From NCBI GenBank assembly GCA_965224245.1, contig OZ245046.1, forward strand, positions 4,704,001 through 4,768,000: a DNA stretch of 64,000 nt. Direction: 5' to 3'. The translations under genes were made by a program, and so were the position numbers. Below the pieces are notes generated by a model. That model did not search any database, was not told where the DNA came from, and saw nothing but the letters and a program-made list of their open reading frames with translations. This DNA is from Candidatus Eiseniibacteriota bacterium. GTDB lineage: Bacteria > Eisenbacteria > RBG-16-71-46 > CAZAMP01. This document shows, piece after piece, positions 25,873-35,144 of this stretch (position 1 is its first letter; each line of letters begins with the position of its first letter).

Positions 25873-27006
25873 GTGGATCTCGTGGACTTGCGTCATCGCC
25901 TGCATCGCTCTGCAGAGCCCAGCGGGGATGAGCGCGAGACGGCCGCGCTGATCGCCGACGCCCTCCGCGAGGCAGACGCCGACGAGCTCGTCACCGGCCT
26001 CGGCGGTCACGGGGTCGCCGCGGTGTTCGAGAGCGACACCCCCGGTCCCGTGGTGCTCCTTCGCGCCGAGCTCGACGGGCTGCCCATTCCCGATCGACCC
26101 GATCTCGAGTACGCGTCGGCACGATCGGGCGTCTCTCACAAGTGCGGACACGACGGCCACCTGACGATTCTCGTGGGCGCCGCCCGCGTTCTCGGCGAGC
26201 GCCGGCCCGTGCGAGGCCGGTGCATCGTGCTCGCGCAGCCGTCCGAGGAGAACGGCGCCGGCGCCCGACGGGTGCTGGACGATCCCGGGTTCACGCCGCT
26301 CCGACCCGATCGCTGTGCCGCGCTCCACAACCTCCCGGGCTTCCCGATGGGATCGGTGGTGATCCGCGCCGGCGCGTTCGCGAGCGCGTCGACCGGCCTC
26401 GTCGTCGAGCTGGAGGGCGCGACCAGCCACGCCGCCGAGCCCCGCGCGGGACGCAGCCCCGGGCTCGCGGTCGCCGAGCTGATCACGGGCTTCGGCGCGC
26501 TGCCCCAGAACGCCACCGACTTCACCGAATCGTCCAAGGTGACCATCGTGCACGCGCGCCTCGGGGAGCCGGCGTTCGGCACCAGCCCCGGCACCGCACG
26601 CGTGCTGGCCACGTTCCGGGCCCATACCCAGCCGGTGCTGGACCGGCTGCTCGATCGCGCGAGGCGCCTCGTCGACGGAACGGCGACCAAGTACGACCTC
26701 GAGGCCCGCGTCGAGCTGACCGAGACGTTTCCGGCCACCGTCAACGACCCGTCCCTGGTGGACGCGGTGCGGTCGGCGGTGTCGTCGGCCGGTCACCCGA
26801 TCGTCGAGCCCGAGCATCCGTTCCCGTGGTCCGAGGACTTCGGCCACTTCACCGCCGGCTCGCCCGGAATCCTGTTCGGGATCGGCTCGGGCGAGGATCA
26901 TCCCGCGCTCCACCACCCGAGCTACGATTTCCCGGACGCGCTGATCCCGACGGGCGTCGACGTCCTGATGCGGATCGCCGACGCCCTCGCGGACCATCCA
27001 TCATGA
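25873..27006 (+). CDS. M20D-family amidohydrolase
   Basis: LRAELDGLP, HKCGHDGH, QPSEE, HN.PG, SEDF and LHHP.YDF motifs. Confidence 0.9.
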   Translation: MDLVDLRHRLHRSAEPSGDERETAALIADALREADADELVTGLGGHGVAAVFESDTPGPVVLLRAELDGLPIPDRPDLEYASARSGVSHKCGHDGHLTILVGAARVLGERRPVRGRCIVLAQPSEENGAGARRVLDDPGFTPLRPDRCAALHNLPGFPMGSVVIRAGAFASASTGLVVELEGATSHAAEPRAGRSPGLAVAELITGFGALPQNATDFTESSKVTIVHARLGEPAFGTSPGTARVLATFRAHTQPVLDRLLDRARRLVDGTATKYDLEARVELTETFPATVNDPSLVDAVRSAVSSAGHPIVEPEHPFPWSEDFGHFTAGSPGILFGIGSGEDHPALHHPSYDFPDALIPTGVDVLMRIADALADHPS

Positions 27007-28169
27007 CGATCCGGCCGTCGTCCCACATCGAGCTCAGCCGCGCCGCGCTGGCGCGGAACGTCCGGTTCGTCAAGGCGCTCATCGGCTCGAACGTGACGCT
27101 GTCGTCCGTGGTCAAGGGAAACGCCTACGGACATCAGATCGAGGCGTACGTGCCCCTGGCCGAGGCGTGCGGCATTCGCCACTTCAGCGTGTTCAGCGCG
27201 GCCGAGGCCGAGAGGGTGCTCGGCTGCCGGACCGCCGACAGCACGATCCTGATCATGGGCGACATCCACGACGCGGATCTCCCGTGGGCGGCATCGGAGG
27301 GCATCGAGGTGGTCGTGTTCGATCTCGATCGCCTGGACGCCGCGATCCGCGCCGCCCGGAAGGTGGGACGCGCGCTGGGCGTCCACCTCGAGGTGGAGAC
27401 CGGACTCCACCGGACGGGCCTCTCGCCGCGCTCGCTGGAGGCGGCCGCGAGGCGACTTCACAAGCACCCGCGCGACGTCCAGGCCGCCGGTGTGTGCACG
27501 CACCTCGTGGGGGCCGAGTCGTCGAACAACTTCCACCGGATCGATCAGCAGCTCGATCGCTTCCGCGAGGCCACCGCGCAACTCGCGGCGATGAACGTGG
27601 CCCCGCCCCGCCACGTCGCGTGCTCCGCCGCGACGCTCACCATGCCCGAGACCACGATGGACATGGTTCGCGTCGGCATCGCCCTCTACGGCTACTGGCC
27701 GAGCGAGGAGACGCGGTTTCGCTACCTGGCCCGCGGCACGCGCCGGCGATCACCGCGCTACTCGCCCCTGACCCCGATCCTCACCTGGCGGAGCCGCATC
27801 ATGAATCTCAAGTCCGTGCGCTCGGGGCAGTTCATCGGCTACGGGTCGGCCTACCAGGCGTCGCGGACGATGCGCGTGGCCGCGGTGCCGGTCGGCTACT
27901 ACCACGGGTTCGGGCGGGACCTCAGCAACCGGGGACGCGTGCTGGTGCGCGGGGCGCGCTGCGGCGTCGTCGGTCTCGTCAACATGAGCATGCTCATGGT
28001 CGACGTCAGCGAGATACGGGGTGTCTCGGTCGGGGACGAGGTCGTGATCATCGGAGCCCAGGGCGAGCATCAGATCTCGGTGGGCTCGTTCGGCGAGCTC
28101 ACGCACGTGCTGAACTACGAGGTGCTGGTGAGCCTGCCCCAGGAGATCCCGCGCGTCATCGTCGACTGA
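27003..28169 (+). CDS. alr: Alanine racemase family PLP enzyme (copy 1)
   Basis: VVKGNAYGH PLP-Lys, HLEVETGLHRTG, VRVGIALYG, IGYG, PVGY. ATGA-coupled to the amidohydrolase. Confidence 0.88.
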   Translation: MTIRPSSHIELSRAALARNVRFVKALIGSNVTLSSVVKGNAYGHQIEAYVPLAEACGIRHFSVFSAAEAERVLGCRTADSTILIMGDIHDADLPWAASEGIEVVVFDLDRLDAAIRAARKVGRALGVHLEVETGLHRTGLSPRSLEAAARRLHKHPRDVQAAGVCTHLVGAESSNNFHRIDQQLDRFREATAQLAAMNVAPPRHVACSAATLTMPETTMDMVRVGIALYGYWPSEETRFRYLARGTRRRSPRYSPLTPILTWRSRIMNLKSVRSGQFIGYGSAYQASRTMRVAAVPVGYYHGFGRDLSNRGRVLVRGARCGVVGLVNMSMLMVDVSEIRGVSVGDEVVIIGAQGEHQISVGSFGELTHVLNYEVLVSLPQEIPRVIVD

Positions 28170-28219
28170 GCACGCGCGCCGCGCTCCAGATCCCGCACGC
28201 GCACGCGCCGCATGCGACG

Positions 28220-28723
28220 TCACGACGTCTTCAGGCGCATCTCCGCGTACTTCGTCGTGAATCCCAGTCGCTCGTAGAGCCGCTTGGCCGGGTTGTCGTA
28301 CTCGACGTGCAGCTTCACGTCGCCGGCGAGGTCGCGGACCGACTCGGTGATGATGCGACCGCCCAGTCCGGCTCCCCGGCACGAGGGATCGACCGAGACG
28401 AAGAGCAGGATGTTCGACGGGACGTAGCCCGCCATCCCGGTTCGCAGCATCAGGAGCGCGCCGACGAGGCGGCCGTCGAGCCCGGCCAACGTCAGGAAGC
28501 CCCCCTGCCCGGCGCCGGGGACGAATGCGTAGTCGAGCGCGCGGTTCACGTCGTCGAGCGAGTCGTGGTAGGGCTTCATCGTCTCGTGGAAGAACCGGGC
28601 CAGCGTGGTGCGATCGGCCCATGCCGGCAGGTCGCGCTCCTGCTCGACGCACACGAGGGTCACGCGGGTCGCGAGCGCCTTCGGATCGGATGTCGGGTCG
28701 TGTGTGGTTCCTTGCGAGGTCAT
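28220..28723 (-). CDS. GNAT N-acetyltransferase
   Basis: VDPSCRGAGLG, LHVEYDNPAKRLYERLGF; RBS GGAGGA. Confidence 0.88.
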   Translation of the reverse strand: MTSQGTTHDPTSDPKALATRVTLVCVEQERDLPAWADRTTLARFFHETMKPYHDSLDDVNRALDYAFVPGAGQGGFLTLAGLDGRLVGALLMLRTGMAGYVPSNILLFVSVDPSCRGAGLGGRIITESVRDLAGDVKLHVEYDNPAKRLYERLGFTTKYAEMRLKTS

Positions 28724-28778
28724 CGAGTCCTCCCGTGCGTGTATCGGGTCGACGGCAGATCGCCCGCGGGCGAGGTCG

Positions 28779-30041
28779 TCACGTCGTGTACTCCGAGTTG
28801 ATCCGAACGTACTCCACCGTGAGATCCGTCGTCAGGCGGCGCGCCGTCTCGTCTCCGCTGCCGAGGCTGAGGACGCTGGTCACGCGCCGTTCGGTCATCG
28901 CGCGGGCGACCGCCTCTCGATCGTCACCGACCGGAGCCCCCCGGCGATACACGTCGACCCCGGCGATCGACAGCGTCACCCGAGTGAGATCGATCGGCAC
29001 GCCCGCGTTACCGGCCGCGGCCAGGATGCGGCCCCAGTTGGGATCGCCGCCCGCCAGCGCGGTCTTCACGAGCGGTGAGCGCACGACGGCCTCGGCCACG
29101 CGCCGGGCGTCGTCTCGGCTCCTGGCGCCGATCACCGACAGGTCGAGGATCCGAGACGCCCCCTCGCCGTCGTCGATGATCTGATCGGCGAGCGCGTCGG
29201 CGACGTGCTGCATGGCGCCCTCCAGCACCCGGAGTCGCGCGTCGTCGGTCGAGCCGATGTCCGGGACGTCGGCGCCGCCCGCCAGCACGAGGACTGCGTC
29301 GTTGGTGCTCGTGTCTCCGTCGACGCTGATCTGATTGAACGAGCGGTCGACCACGCGCCTGAGCATCCTGTTCAGGATGAGGGGTCGCACCGGCGCGTCG
29401 GTTCCGAGCACCGCGAGCATGGTAGCCATGTTCGGGTGAATCATGCCGCTCCCCTTCGCGGTGCCGCCAACGGTGACCATGGTAGCGGAGTTCGACCCGG
29501 AGGACGGCAGCGTCACCGTGACCGCGGCAGTCTTGCGCGTGGTGTCGGTGGTGAGAATGGCCTCGGCGACGTCCACGCCGGCGTCGGGACGCAGCCGGGA
29601 GGCGGCGTCCTCGATGCCGTCGAGCACGATCCGGCGCGGGAGCGGCACCCCGATCACGCCGGTCGACAGCACGAGTGCGGGCCCACCGACCGCAGCCGAC
29701 GTCATACGCGCCATCTCGCGCGCCGTGGCCAGTCCGTCGTCGCCGGTCATCGCGTTCGCGTTGCCTGAGTTGATGACGATCGAGCGAGCGGCCGCGCGAT
29801 CGCGGAGCTGTGCCGACGTCACGAGCACCGGCGCGGCGGCGAGTCTGTTCTGCGTGAAGACGCCGCACGCGGTCCGGACGCCGTCGGCCACGATCAGGGC
29901 GAGGTCGGGACCGCCGCTGGGCTTCAGGCCGCACGACACGCCGGCGCCCGAGAGACCGGGCACGCTGAGAAGCGTCCCATCCGGGATCGGCCGGATCGAC
30001 TCGTCCAGGGACGTGCCCGGCTCGAGATCGGCGGTGCTCAT
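28779..30041 (-). CDS. argJ: Bifunctional ornithine acetyltransferase ArgJ
   Basis: NSGNANA, STGVIG, ILTTD, KGSGMIHPNMATML, DGDTSTND, DGEG, DPNWGRI, YVRINSEYTT. Confidence 0.96.
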   Translation of the reverse strand: MSTADLEPGTSLDESIRPIPDGTLLSVPGLSGAGVSCGLKPSGGPDLALIVADGVRTACGVFTQNRLAAAPVLVTSAQLRDRAAARSIVINSGNANAMTGDDGLATAREMARMTSAAVGGPALVLSTGVIGVPLPRRIVLDGIEDAASRLRPDAGVDVAEAILTTDTTRKTAAVTVTLPSSGSNSATMVTVGGTAKGSGMIHPNMATMLAVLGTDAPVRPLILNRMLRRVVDRSFNQISVDGDTSTNDAVLVLAGGADVPDIGSTDDARLRVLEGAMQHVADALADQIIDDGEGASRILDLSVIGARSRDDARRVAEAVVRSPLVKTALAGGDPNWGRILAAAGNAGVPIDLTRVTLSIAGVDVYRRGAPVGDDREAVARAMTERRVTSVLSLGSGDETARRLTTDLTVEYVRINSEYTT

Positions 30042-30610
30042 GCGCGCACCTCCCGCCTCGCGAATCGGCGGGCCGCCGGGGCGTACCGCGGACGAAGAGG
30101 GGACCCGTTCGTGGCGTGCGGTGCCGGGCGAACCATCGTGACGCGGCGCCGTCCGTTGACCGTGGTGGCACGCTGGGGGCGCATCAGCTCCTCGCGTGAC
30201 GCGGATCGGGCGAACCCGAGACGTTCGAAGAAGTCCGGGCGCACGGTCACGCAGTACAGGCTTCGACCTCGGCCCGCGCAGCGCTCGGCGAGCGTGCGGA
30301 CGATCAGCGATCCCACGCCGGCCCCGCGCGCCGATCGGTCCACGGCCACGCTCCGGAGCTCGTACGCACCGCCGGCCAGCGGGTGCAGCGCACCCGCGCC
30401 GACCACGCGGCCGCTCGGACGCTCGCGCACCACCGAGAACAGATGCCAGCTCCGCCGCACGACCTGCTCGGACAGCGGGATCGTCTCCGGGGCCGATGCG
30501 GCGAGGAGGCGCGTGATCTCGCCAGCATCGGCCTGGGTCGCGGGCTCGAGTGTGAACGCGATCTCACCCGCGTCGGCCGGCGGCGTGGCCGGCCCATTCG
30601 TGCGCGTCAT
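30038..30610 (-). CDS. Short GNAT, ArgA-like N-acetylglutamate synthase
   Basis: ELRSVAV...RGAGVG, T.RPDFFERLGF; lies between argD and argJ with coupled start/stop codons. Confidence 0.7.
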   Translation of the reverse strand: MTRTNGPATPPADAGEIAFTLEPATQADAGEITRLLAASAPETIPLSEQVVRRSWHLFSVVRERPSGRVVGAGALHPLAGGAYELRSVAVDRSARGAGVGSLIVRTLAERCAGRGRSLYCVTVRPDFFERLGFARSASREELMRPQRATTVNGRRRVTMVRPAPHATNGSPLRPRYAPAARRFARREVRA

Positions 30611-31902
30611 CACGATGCACCTCGCGGGGTGTCGCTCGTGTCCGCCACGCGTTCCAGCGCCGACGAGAACCGGGTGACCGCCTCGTCGATCTCCGCGTCG
30701 GACACGTTGAGCGGCGGCAGGAACCGGATCACGTCGCCGCCCGTGGGGACGACGAGAAGCCGCTCGGCGAGCGCGGCCGCGAGCACGTCGGTCGAGCGCT
30801 CGGTCTCGACCCCGATCATCAGGCCGAGGCCGCGGACGTCGCGAACCAGGGGACTGTGGATCTCGGAGAGCGCGCGCCGGAGCCGCCGTCCCTTGCGCCG
30901 CACGTCCTCGAGGAAGGTCTCGTCGGCGACGGTGCGCAGGACGAAGAGAGCCACCGATGTGACCAACGGTCCGCCACCGAACGTCGAGCCGTGCATGCCG
31001 GGCGTCACCGAGTCGGCCACGCGCGGTCCGAGGAGCGTCGCACCGATCGGGAGGCCGCCCGCGAGCGGCTTGGCCAGTGTCATGACGTCCGGCGTCACAC
31101 CGAGCTGCTCGTGTGCCCACAGGGCTCCGGTCCGTCCGAGCCCGCATTGCACCTCGTCGAAAACGAGCAGCGCACCCACGTCGTCGCATCGGCGACGGAT
31201 CGCGGCGAGCCACTCCGGATCGGCGGGGCGGATGCCGGATTCGCCCTGCACGGGCTCGAGCATGACGGCGGCCGTGGCCGGACTCAGACGATCGAGCGCG
31301 CTCGCGTCGTTCCAGGGCAGCCGCGCATAGCCGCCCGGCAGCGGCGTGAACGGCTCGCGGTGGTCGGGTCGGTCGGTGGCCGCCAGTGCACCCATCGTCC
31401 GACCGTGGAACGCGCCGCCGGCGTAGAGGATCTCGCGTCGTTGTGGGCCACCTCGGAGCCGGGCGAACTTGATCGCCGCCTCGTTGGCCTCGGCCCCGGA
31501 GTTCGCGAAGAACACGCGCGAGGCGAACGATCGCTCGACCAGGGCGGTCGCCAGCTCGATCGGAGGCTGCGTGTGATAGAGGTTCGACGTATGAACGAGC
31601 CCCTCGGCCGCGGCCCGAAGCGGTTCCCGGATGCCGCCGTGTCCGAGAGCCGTGACCGCGATCCCGCTGGTCATGTCGAGGTGACGCACGCCGGTGGAAT
31701 CGACGAGCCAGGCGCCCTCGCCCGCGACGAAGAGGACGTCCGGACGTACGTAGGTCCCGGCGAGGTTCGCGTGCGCCCGCGCGAGGCACGGATCGGGAGC
31801 CGGGGCGCTGGCCGTGTTCGCACCGGCGTCGGTCGTGCTCGCGCCGGTGGCGCTCGTGTCGGTCGTGCGGCGCGTGTGCGCGCTGGTGTCGGTCGTGCTC
31901 AT
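30610..31902 (-). CDS. argD: Acetylornithine aminotransferase
   Basis: SGIAVTALGH, HTSNLY, NSGAEANEAA, FHGRT, EPVQGESG, DEVQCGLGRTG, LAKPL, HGSTFGG. Confidence 0.93.
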   Translation of the reverse strand: MSTTDTSAHTRRTTDTSATGASTTDAGANTASAPAPDPCLARAHANLAGTYVRPDVLFVAGEGAWLVDSTGVRHLDMTSGIAVTALGHGGIREPLRAAAEGLVHTSNLYHTQPPIELATALVERSFASRVFFANSGAEANEAAIKFARLRGGPQRREILYAGGAFHGRTMGALAATDRPDHREPFTPLPGGYARLPWNDASALDRLSPATAAVMLEPVQGESGIRPADPEWLAAIRRRCDDVGALLVFDEVQCGLGRTGALWAHEQLGVTPDVMTLAKPLAGGLPIGATLLGPRVADSVTPGMHGSTFGGGPLVTSVALFVLRTVADETFLEDVRRKGRRLRRALSEIHSPLVRDVRGLGLMIGVETERSTDVLAAALAERLLVVPTGGDVIRFLPPLNVSDAEIDEAVTRFSSALERVADTSDTPRGAS

Positions 31903-32672
31903 GCGGTGAGTTCCGTGGCGGTGCCGGCCTGCATGCCCTGCAGGGTTCCGACGCGTATCTGGCGGACGCCGGCCTCGGAGGCGGCGATGGCCGAGCGCAG
32001 CTTCGGGATCATGCCGCCCGACACGACGTCGGGTCGCTCGAGGAGCGCGCGGGCCTCGGACACGTGAAGACGACTGGCGAAGCCACCGTCGGACGCGTCG
32101 GTGCGCACTCCCGGAACGTCGCTGACGAACTCCAGTCGGTCGGCGTGGATCGCCGACGCGATCGCGTCGGCCGCCATGTCGGCGTTCACGTTGACCGCGG
32201 ATTCGTCGGGACCCAGCGCCACCGGCGCGACGACCGGCGCAACCCCGAGCTCCAGCAACGCCTCCAGAGAGATCGCGGCCGTCTCCGGTCGCCCGCCGAC
32301 GCGACCCAGCCGCGCGCCGTCGATCAACGGTGCCCGCAGGAGCCCGAGATCGATTCCCGAGAAGCCCAGCGCGGGCACGCCGCGACGGACGAGCTCGGCG
32401 ACCAGCCGCTTGTTCACGAGACCGCATAGCACCATCACGGTGATGTCCATGCCTTCGGGCGAGGTCACGCGCAGTCCGTCGACCGTCTGATGCGCGACAC
32501 CCATCACATCGTGGAGCTTCCCGATGGCGGCTCCCCCACCGTGGACGAGCACGATGCGCTCGCCCGATCGGAAGCGGCGTCCGACGTAGTCGCAGAACTC
32601 CTGGACGTACGCCTCGCGCTCGAGATTGGCGCCTCCGACCTTGATGACCGTCGTGGTCATGTCCTTCGCCAC
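31899..32672 (-). CDS. argB: Acetylglutamate kinase
   Basis: VIKVGG, VHGGG, GLRVT, NVNAD, SDVPGV, GGMIPK. GTG start chosen from the GGAGG RBS. Confidence 0.92.
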   Translation of the reverse strand: MAKDMTTTVIKVGGANLEREAYVQEFCDYVGRRFRSGERIVLVHGGGAAIGKLHDVMGVAHQTVDGLRVTSPEGMDITVMVLCGLVNKRLVAELVRRGVPALGFSGIDLGLLRAPLIDGARLGRVGGRPETAAISLEALLELGVAPVVAPVALGPDESAVNVNADMAADAIASAIHADRLEFVSDVPGVRTDASDGGFASRLHVSEARALLERPDVVSGGMIPKLRSAIAASEAGVRQIRVGTLQGMQAGTATELTA

Positions 32673-32697
32673 GATCACCTCCATCCGGGCGGGCACG

Positions 32698-33747
32698 TCA
32701 CGCGGCCGCAGTGGGCAACGCGAGCCCGGTCGTCTCGGGCATGCCCCACATCACGTTGAAGTTCTGAATGGCCTGTCCGGCCGCACCCTTGGTCAGGTTG
32801 TCCAGTGCGCCGGTGATCACGACGTGGTCGGTTCCCTCGACGTCGTGCACCGAGAGCTGGACCTGGTTCGTCCGGGCCACCGCGCGAATGCGCGCCTCGC
32901 GACCGGGTGGGAGCACCTGGATGAAGGGCTCGTGCCGGTAGCGCTCGAACAGGACCGCGCGCACGCGCCCGGCGTCTCCGTCCGGGGTGCGCACGACGAT
33001 GGTTGACTGAATGCCCCGCTCGATCGGAGCGAGGTGCGGTGTGAACACGATCCGGTGCGATCGGCGTCCGACGCCGTCGAGAAACTGCTCGATCTCGGCC
33101 ACGTGCCGGTGTGAGCGACCGTGCTTGTACGCGCTGAGATCCTCGGACACGGCGCAGAAGTGGGTGCGTGCGGTCGGCACGCGTCCGGCCCCGGACACAC
33201 CCGACTTCGCGTCGATCACGGGATGGTCCTCCGCGAGGCCCTCGGCGGCGAGCGGTCCCAGCGCGATCTCCGACAGCGTCGCGAAGCAGCCCGGGTTCGC
33301 GACGACGGTCGCTCCGGCGAGCGCGGGGCGCACGTACTCGGTGAGCCCGTACACGGCATCGCGCGCCACCGAGTCCGAGCGCGGTGAGCCGTACACGGCC
33401 TCGTGGCTTCGCGGGTCCTTCAACCGGTGATCGCCCGAGAGGTCGACGACGCGCGCGTGCTCGACGCACCGGGCCGCGAGGTCGCCTGCGGTGCCGTGCG
33501 GCACGGCGAGGAAGACGGCGGCCGCCGACCGGACGTCGGCGTCGTCGGGATGCACGAGGGGGATCGGCGTCGCCGCCGGGTCGATCTCGTCCAGCGTCGA
33601 GCCGGCGTGCGCGCGCGACGTCGCGAACGAGAGCTCGACCGCGGGATGGGCGGCCAGAAGCGTCACGAGCTCGGTCCCGCTGGTCCCGCTCGCGCCGAAC
33701 ACGCCGACGGGAATGCGAGCATGCGGTCGTCGAGTGGTGTCTGTCAC
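32698..33747 (-). CDS. argC: N-acetyl-gamma-glutamyl-phosphate reductase
   Basis: GASG..G, DLSGDHR, ANPGCF, SGVSGAG, HRH..EI, DNLTKGAAGQA. Confidence 0.95.
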   Translation of the reverse strand: MTDTTRRPHARIPVGVFGASGTSGTELVTLLAAHPAVELSFATSRAHAGSTLDEIDPAATPIPLVHPDDADVRSAAAVFLAVPHGTAGDLAARCVEHARVVDLSGDHRLKDPRSHEAVYGSPRSDSVARDAVYGLTEYVRPALAGATVVANPGCFATLSEIALGPLAAEGLAEDHPVIDAKSGVSGAGRVPTARTHFCAVSEDLSAYKHGRSHRHVAEIEQFLDGVGRRSHRIVFTPHLAPIERGIQSTIVVRTPDGDAGRVRAVLFERYRHEPFIQVLPPGREARIRAVARTNQVQLSVHDVEGTDHVVITGALDNLTKGAAGQAIQNFNVMWGMPETTGLALPTAAA

Positions 33748-33814
33748 GTTCGATGCTCCAGGTGGTTGGGCGGTCGGCCGTTGAGTCGCCGGCCGACTTC
33801 CGGTAGTCGAGGTT

Positions 33815-33830
33815 TGCAAGGCGTGTGCCG
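33815..33830 (-). promoter_or_regulatory. sigma54 promoter for argC-B-D-A-J
   Basis: Minus strand CGGCACACGCCTTGCA (GG-N10-GC), ~70 bp upstream of argC. Confidence 0.8.
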
Positions 33831-33871
33831 GGGCGCCCAGAGCGCGCCGGAGCGCCCGCCTGGGCCCCCTC

Positions 33872-33903
33872 TGACCCAACGATGGGTCACGGGCGTCCCG
33901 ATC
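33872..33903. promoter_or_regulatory. Dyad, candidate enhancer site
   Basis: Perfect dyad TGACCCA-ACGA-TGGGTCA followed by CGGGCGTCCCGAT; a near-copy lies at 38454-38484. Confidence 0.65.
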
Positions 33904-33935
33904 GGCACCGATGTGCCATGCGTGACCCGTCTACG

Positions 33936-35144
33936 TCATCGCGTGACGAAGCGCGGGATCGAGGCCGGCAGCCGGCACGCGAACTCCGTGTTCAGCGCCG
34001 ACGTCATCTCGGCGAACGAGCTGATCGGGATGACGTGGTGCTTCTGCCGTCCCACGAGGACGACCTCGTCTCCGACGGCGACGTCCGCGATCGCCGTCAC
34101 GTCTACCATGAACAGGTTCATGTTCACGTGCCCCACCACCGGTGCGCGCCGCCCCCTCACGAGGACGGTGCCGCGATTGGACATCTCGCGAGGGTATCCG
34201 TTGGCGTATCCGACCGGGATCACAGCCAGCGTCATGTCCCGCGGCGCCTGATACGCCGTGCCGTAGCCGACGAACTCGTCCTGCCGGACGCACTTGAGAT
34301 GCATGACGTCGGTCTTCCAGGTGAGCACGCGCTGAAGCGGGTTCTCGCGCGCGTCGCTGGAGCGCAGGCGGTGGAGGTTTCGCATCTCGGGGCTCGGCCA
34401 GAATCCGTAGGACGCGACCCCGATCCGGACGAGGTCCATCGCGGCCTCCGGGCGCGACAGCGCTGCCGCCGAGGACGCGACGTGATAGCGTTCGGGACCG
34501 GTTCGTCTTCTCCTGAGCTTGGCCTCGATCTCCTTGAATCGCGTGATCTGCCGCACGATCCGGAAGTCGTTGGCGAGCGACTCCGCTCCGGCCAGATGCG
34601 TGCAGAGCCCGGCCCAGACCAGGTGCCGCCGGTTCTGGCCGAAGATGCGGAGCGCACGCGGGAGCTCGTCCAGCGGGAGTCCCGTGCGGTTCCCGCCGGT
34701 CTCGATCTCGAGATGAACGCGCGCCGGCCTCCCGACCGCCTTGGCGACCGACACCGCGCACTCGAGGCGCGGCAGGTCGTAGACGAAGAACTCGATGTCG
34801 TTATCGATCACCCACCGGAGGTCCTCGTCGTAGAGGATGCCCATGATCATGATCTTGCTCGCCTGCGACTTGACCTCGTCGACGAGGCTCGCTTCGAGCG
34901 ACGAGGCCACCGAGAAGTGCCGGACGTCACACGACTCGGCGATGCCGACGATGGGCTGGATGCCGTGCCCGTACGCGTTCGCCTTCACCACGACCGACAG
35001 GATCGGATGCGGCCCCACGCGCGACCGCACGTACGAGAGGTTGTTCCGGAACGCCGCGCGGCTCAGCTCGATCCGCGACGAGTGCCGGACGGGCGAGCCG
35101 GCGAGATCGCCCGGCTCGGGCCGCGGATCGTTCACGAGTGCCAT
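33936..35144 (-). CDS. alr: Alanine racemase family PLP enzyme (copy 2)
   Basis: VVKANAYGHG, HLEIETGGNRTG, THLAGAES, VRIG, VGYG, PVGYANG. Confidence 0.88.
   Translation of the reverse strand: MALVNDPRPEPGDLAGSPVRHSSRIELSRAAFRNNLSYVRSRVGPHPILSVVVKANAYGHGIQPIVGIAESCDVRHFSVASSLEASLVDEVKSQASKIMIMGILYDEDLRWVIDNDIEFFVYDLPRLECAVSVAKAVGRPARVHLEIETGGNRTGLPLDELPRALRIFGQNRRHLVWAGLCTHLAGAESLANDFRIVRQITRFKEIEAKLRRRRTGPERYHVASSAAALSRPEAAMDLVRIGVASYGFWPSPEMRNLHRLRSSDARENPLQRVLTWKTDVMHLKCVRQDEFVGYGTAYQAPRDMTLAVIPVGYANGYPREMSNRGTVLVRGRRAPVVGHVNMNLFMVDVTAIADVAVGDEVVLVGRQKHHVIPISSFAEMTSALNTEFACRLPASIPRFVTR

Noticed and set aside
33750-33935. Riboswitch or T-box upstream of argC
   Set aside because: No recognisable aptamer or T-box motif; the region is explained by the sigma54 promoter and dyad.
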